Source of the DNA: a virus | Taxonomy: Duplodnaviria > Heunggongvirae > Uroviricota > Caudoviricetes | Length of the DNA: 18,765 nt | Strand: one strand, 5' to 3' | Virus record (IMG/VR): IMGVR_UViG_2663762908_000006 | Shown here: in pieces, positions 17,921-18,765 of the stretch | How positions within the stretch are numbered: position 1 is the first letter of the stretch | How the letters are laid out: each line of letters opens with the position of its first letter | Notes under the pieces: generated by a model | Told to the model about the DNA's origin: nothing | Databases searched by the model: none | Seen by the model: the letters and a program-made list of their open reading frames with translations, nothing else | Made by a program: the position numbers and the translations under genes

Positions 17921-17949
17921 ATATTACGGATTGCCTCGACCTTCGTCAA
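17921..17949 (-). promoter_or_regulatory. Sigma70 promoter-like element on the - strand (TTGACG-17 nt-TAATAT, GC-rich discriminator), likely a tRNA promoter whose gene falls in or beyond the gap
   Basis: The - strand reads TTGACG (17944-17949), a 17-nt spacer, TAATAT (17921-17926), then the GC-rich TCGCCTCG. In E. coli a tRNA-Asp gene (aspV) lies just downstream of dnaQ, but no tRNA sequence is present between 17893 and 17920. Confidence 0.4.
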
Positions 17950-18024
17950 CGGTTTTTCTCATCTTTTGAATCGTTTGCTGCAAAAATCGCCCAAGTCGCT
18001 ATTTTTAGCGCCTTTTACAGGTAT

Positions 18025-18756
18025 TTATGCCCGCCAGAGGCAGCTTCCGCCCTTCTTCTGCACCAGATCAAGACGGGCTTCATGTGCTGCAAGCTCGTCA
18101 TCTGTCGCAAAAACAACGCGTAACTTACTTGCCTGACGTACAATGCGCTGAATTGTTGCTTCACCTTGTTGCTGTTGTGTCTCTCCTTCCATCGCAAAAG
18201 CCATCGACGTTTGACCACCGGTCATCGCCAGATAAACTTCCGCAAGGATCTGGGCATCGAGTAATGCCCCGTGTAGCGTTCGTTTACTGTTATCTATTTC
18301 GTAGCGGGCACATAACGCATCGAGGCTGTTGCGCTTACCAGGAAACATTTTCCTCGCCACCGCAAGGCTATCGGTGACCTTACAGAAGGTATTGGTCTTC
18401 GGAATATCGCGCTTAAGCAACGAAAACTCGTAGTCCATAAAGCCGATATCGAACGCTGCGTTATGGATCACCAACTCCGCGCCGCGGATATAGTCCATGA
18501 ACTCATCGGCTACTTCGGCAAACGTGGGCTTATCGAGCAAAAATTCATCGGCAATACCATGTACGCCAAAGGCTTCCGGATCCACCAGCCGATCGGGTTT
18601 GAGATAAACATGGAAGTTATTGCCCGTCAGGCGACGGTTCACCACTTCAACGGCACCAATCTCAATGATCTTGTGGCCTTCATAGTGCGCACCAATCTGG
18701 TTCATACCGGTGGTTTCGGTATCGAGAACGATCTGGCGTGTAATTGCAGTGCTCAT
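18025..18756 (-). CDS. dnaQ: DNA polymerase III epsilon subunit (3'-5' proofreading exonuclease)
   Basis: The translation matches E. coli DnaQ as I recall it from MSTAITRQIVLDTETTGMNQ... to ...KKGGSCLWRA, 243 aa, with the DEDDh exonuclease motifs. An in-frame ATG also sits at 18763-18765 at the window edge. Confidence 0.95.
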   Translation of the reverse strand: MSTAITRQIVLDTETTGMNQIGAHYEGHKIIEIGAVEVVNRRLTGNNFHVYLKPDRLVDPEAFGVHGIADEFLLDKPTFAEVADEFMDYIRGAELVIHNAAFDIGFMDYEFSLLKRDIPKTNTFCKVTDSLAVARKMFPGKRNSLDALCARYEIDNSKRTLHGALLDAQILAEVYLAMTGGQTSMAFAMEGETQQQQGEATIQRIVRQASKLRVVFATDDELAAHEARLDLVQKKGGSCLWRA

Positions 18757-18765
18757 AGCGGTCAT

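Noticed and set aside
17893-18024. Expected tRNA-Asp gene downstream of dnaQ
   Set aside because: I searched the 132 nt between the gap and dnaQ on both strands for the tRNA-Asp sequence and T-loop motif. Only the promoter and leader are present, so no tRNA is called.
17896-18377. + strand ORFs of 75-116 aa after the gap
   Set aside because: They lie in the dnaQ-downstream intergenic region or antisense to dnaQ; no start signals.

Overview
The window is the late region of a lambdoid prophage in an Escherichia-type chromosome, all on the + strand, ending in an assembly gap and then the chromosomal dnaQ gene on the - strand. In order: (1) a complete lysis cassette, with a dual-start S21-type pinholin, an inserted 173-aa gene plus an antisense ORF, a SAR endolysin, and nested Rz/Rz1 spanins; (2) an AT-rich accessory island carrying a CspI-type cold-shock gene, a small Cys-rich ORF, YnfN-like and GnsB-like small proteins and one more small ORF; (3) a non-coding region with a lambda-like cosN candidate about 195 bp upstream of the terminase small subunit; (4) packaging and head genes (Nu1-like TerS, gpA-family TerL, gpW, portal, one long ORF combining a ClpP-like protease with a capsid domain, a small head protein, FII); (5) tail genes Z, U, V, G, T (reached by a -1 frameshift), a 1021-aa tape measure, M, and L, which is cut off by a 10-N run at 17883-17892. 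After the gap comes a sigma70 promoter-like element on the - strand without its gene, then dnaQ. Gene order and protein motifs were read directly; family assignments rest on recalled similarity to lambda, phage 21 and E. coli K-12 Qin proteins and could not be confirmed by search. I do not see a clear multi-gene novel system such as a defence operon. The strongest candidates for undescribed biology are the small ORFs in the two accessory positions (221-982 and 2683-4048), and the prophage/chromosome junction is unresolved because of the gap.
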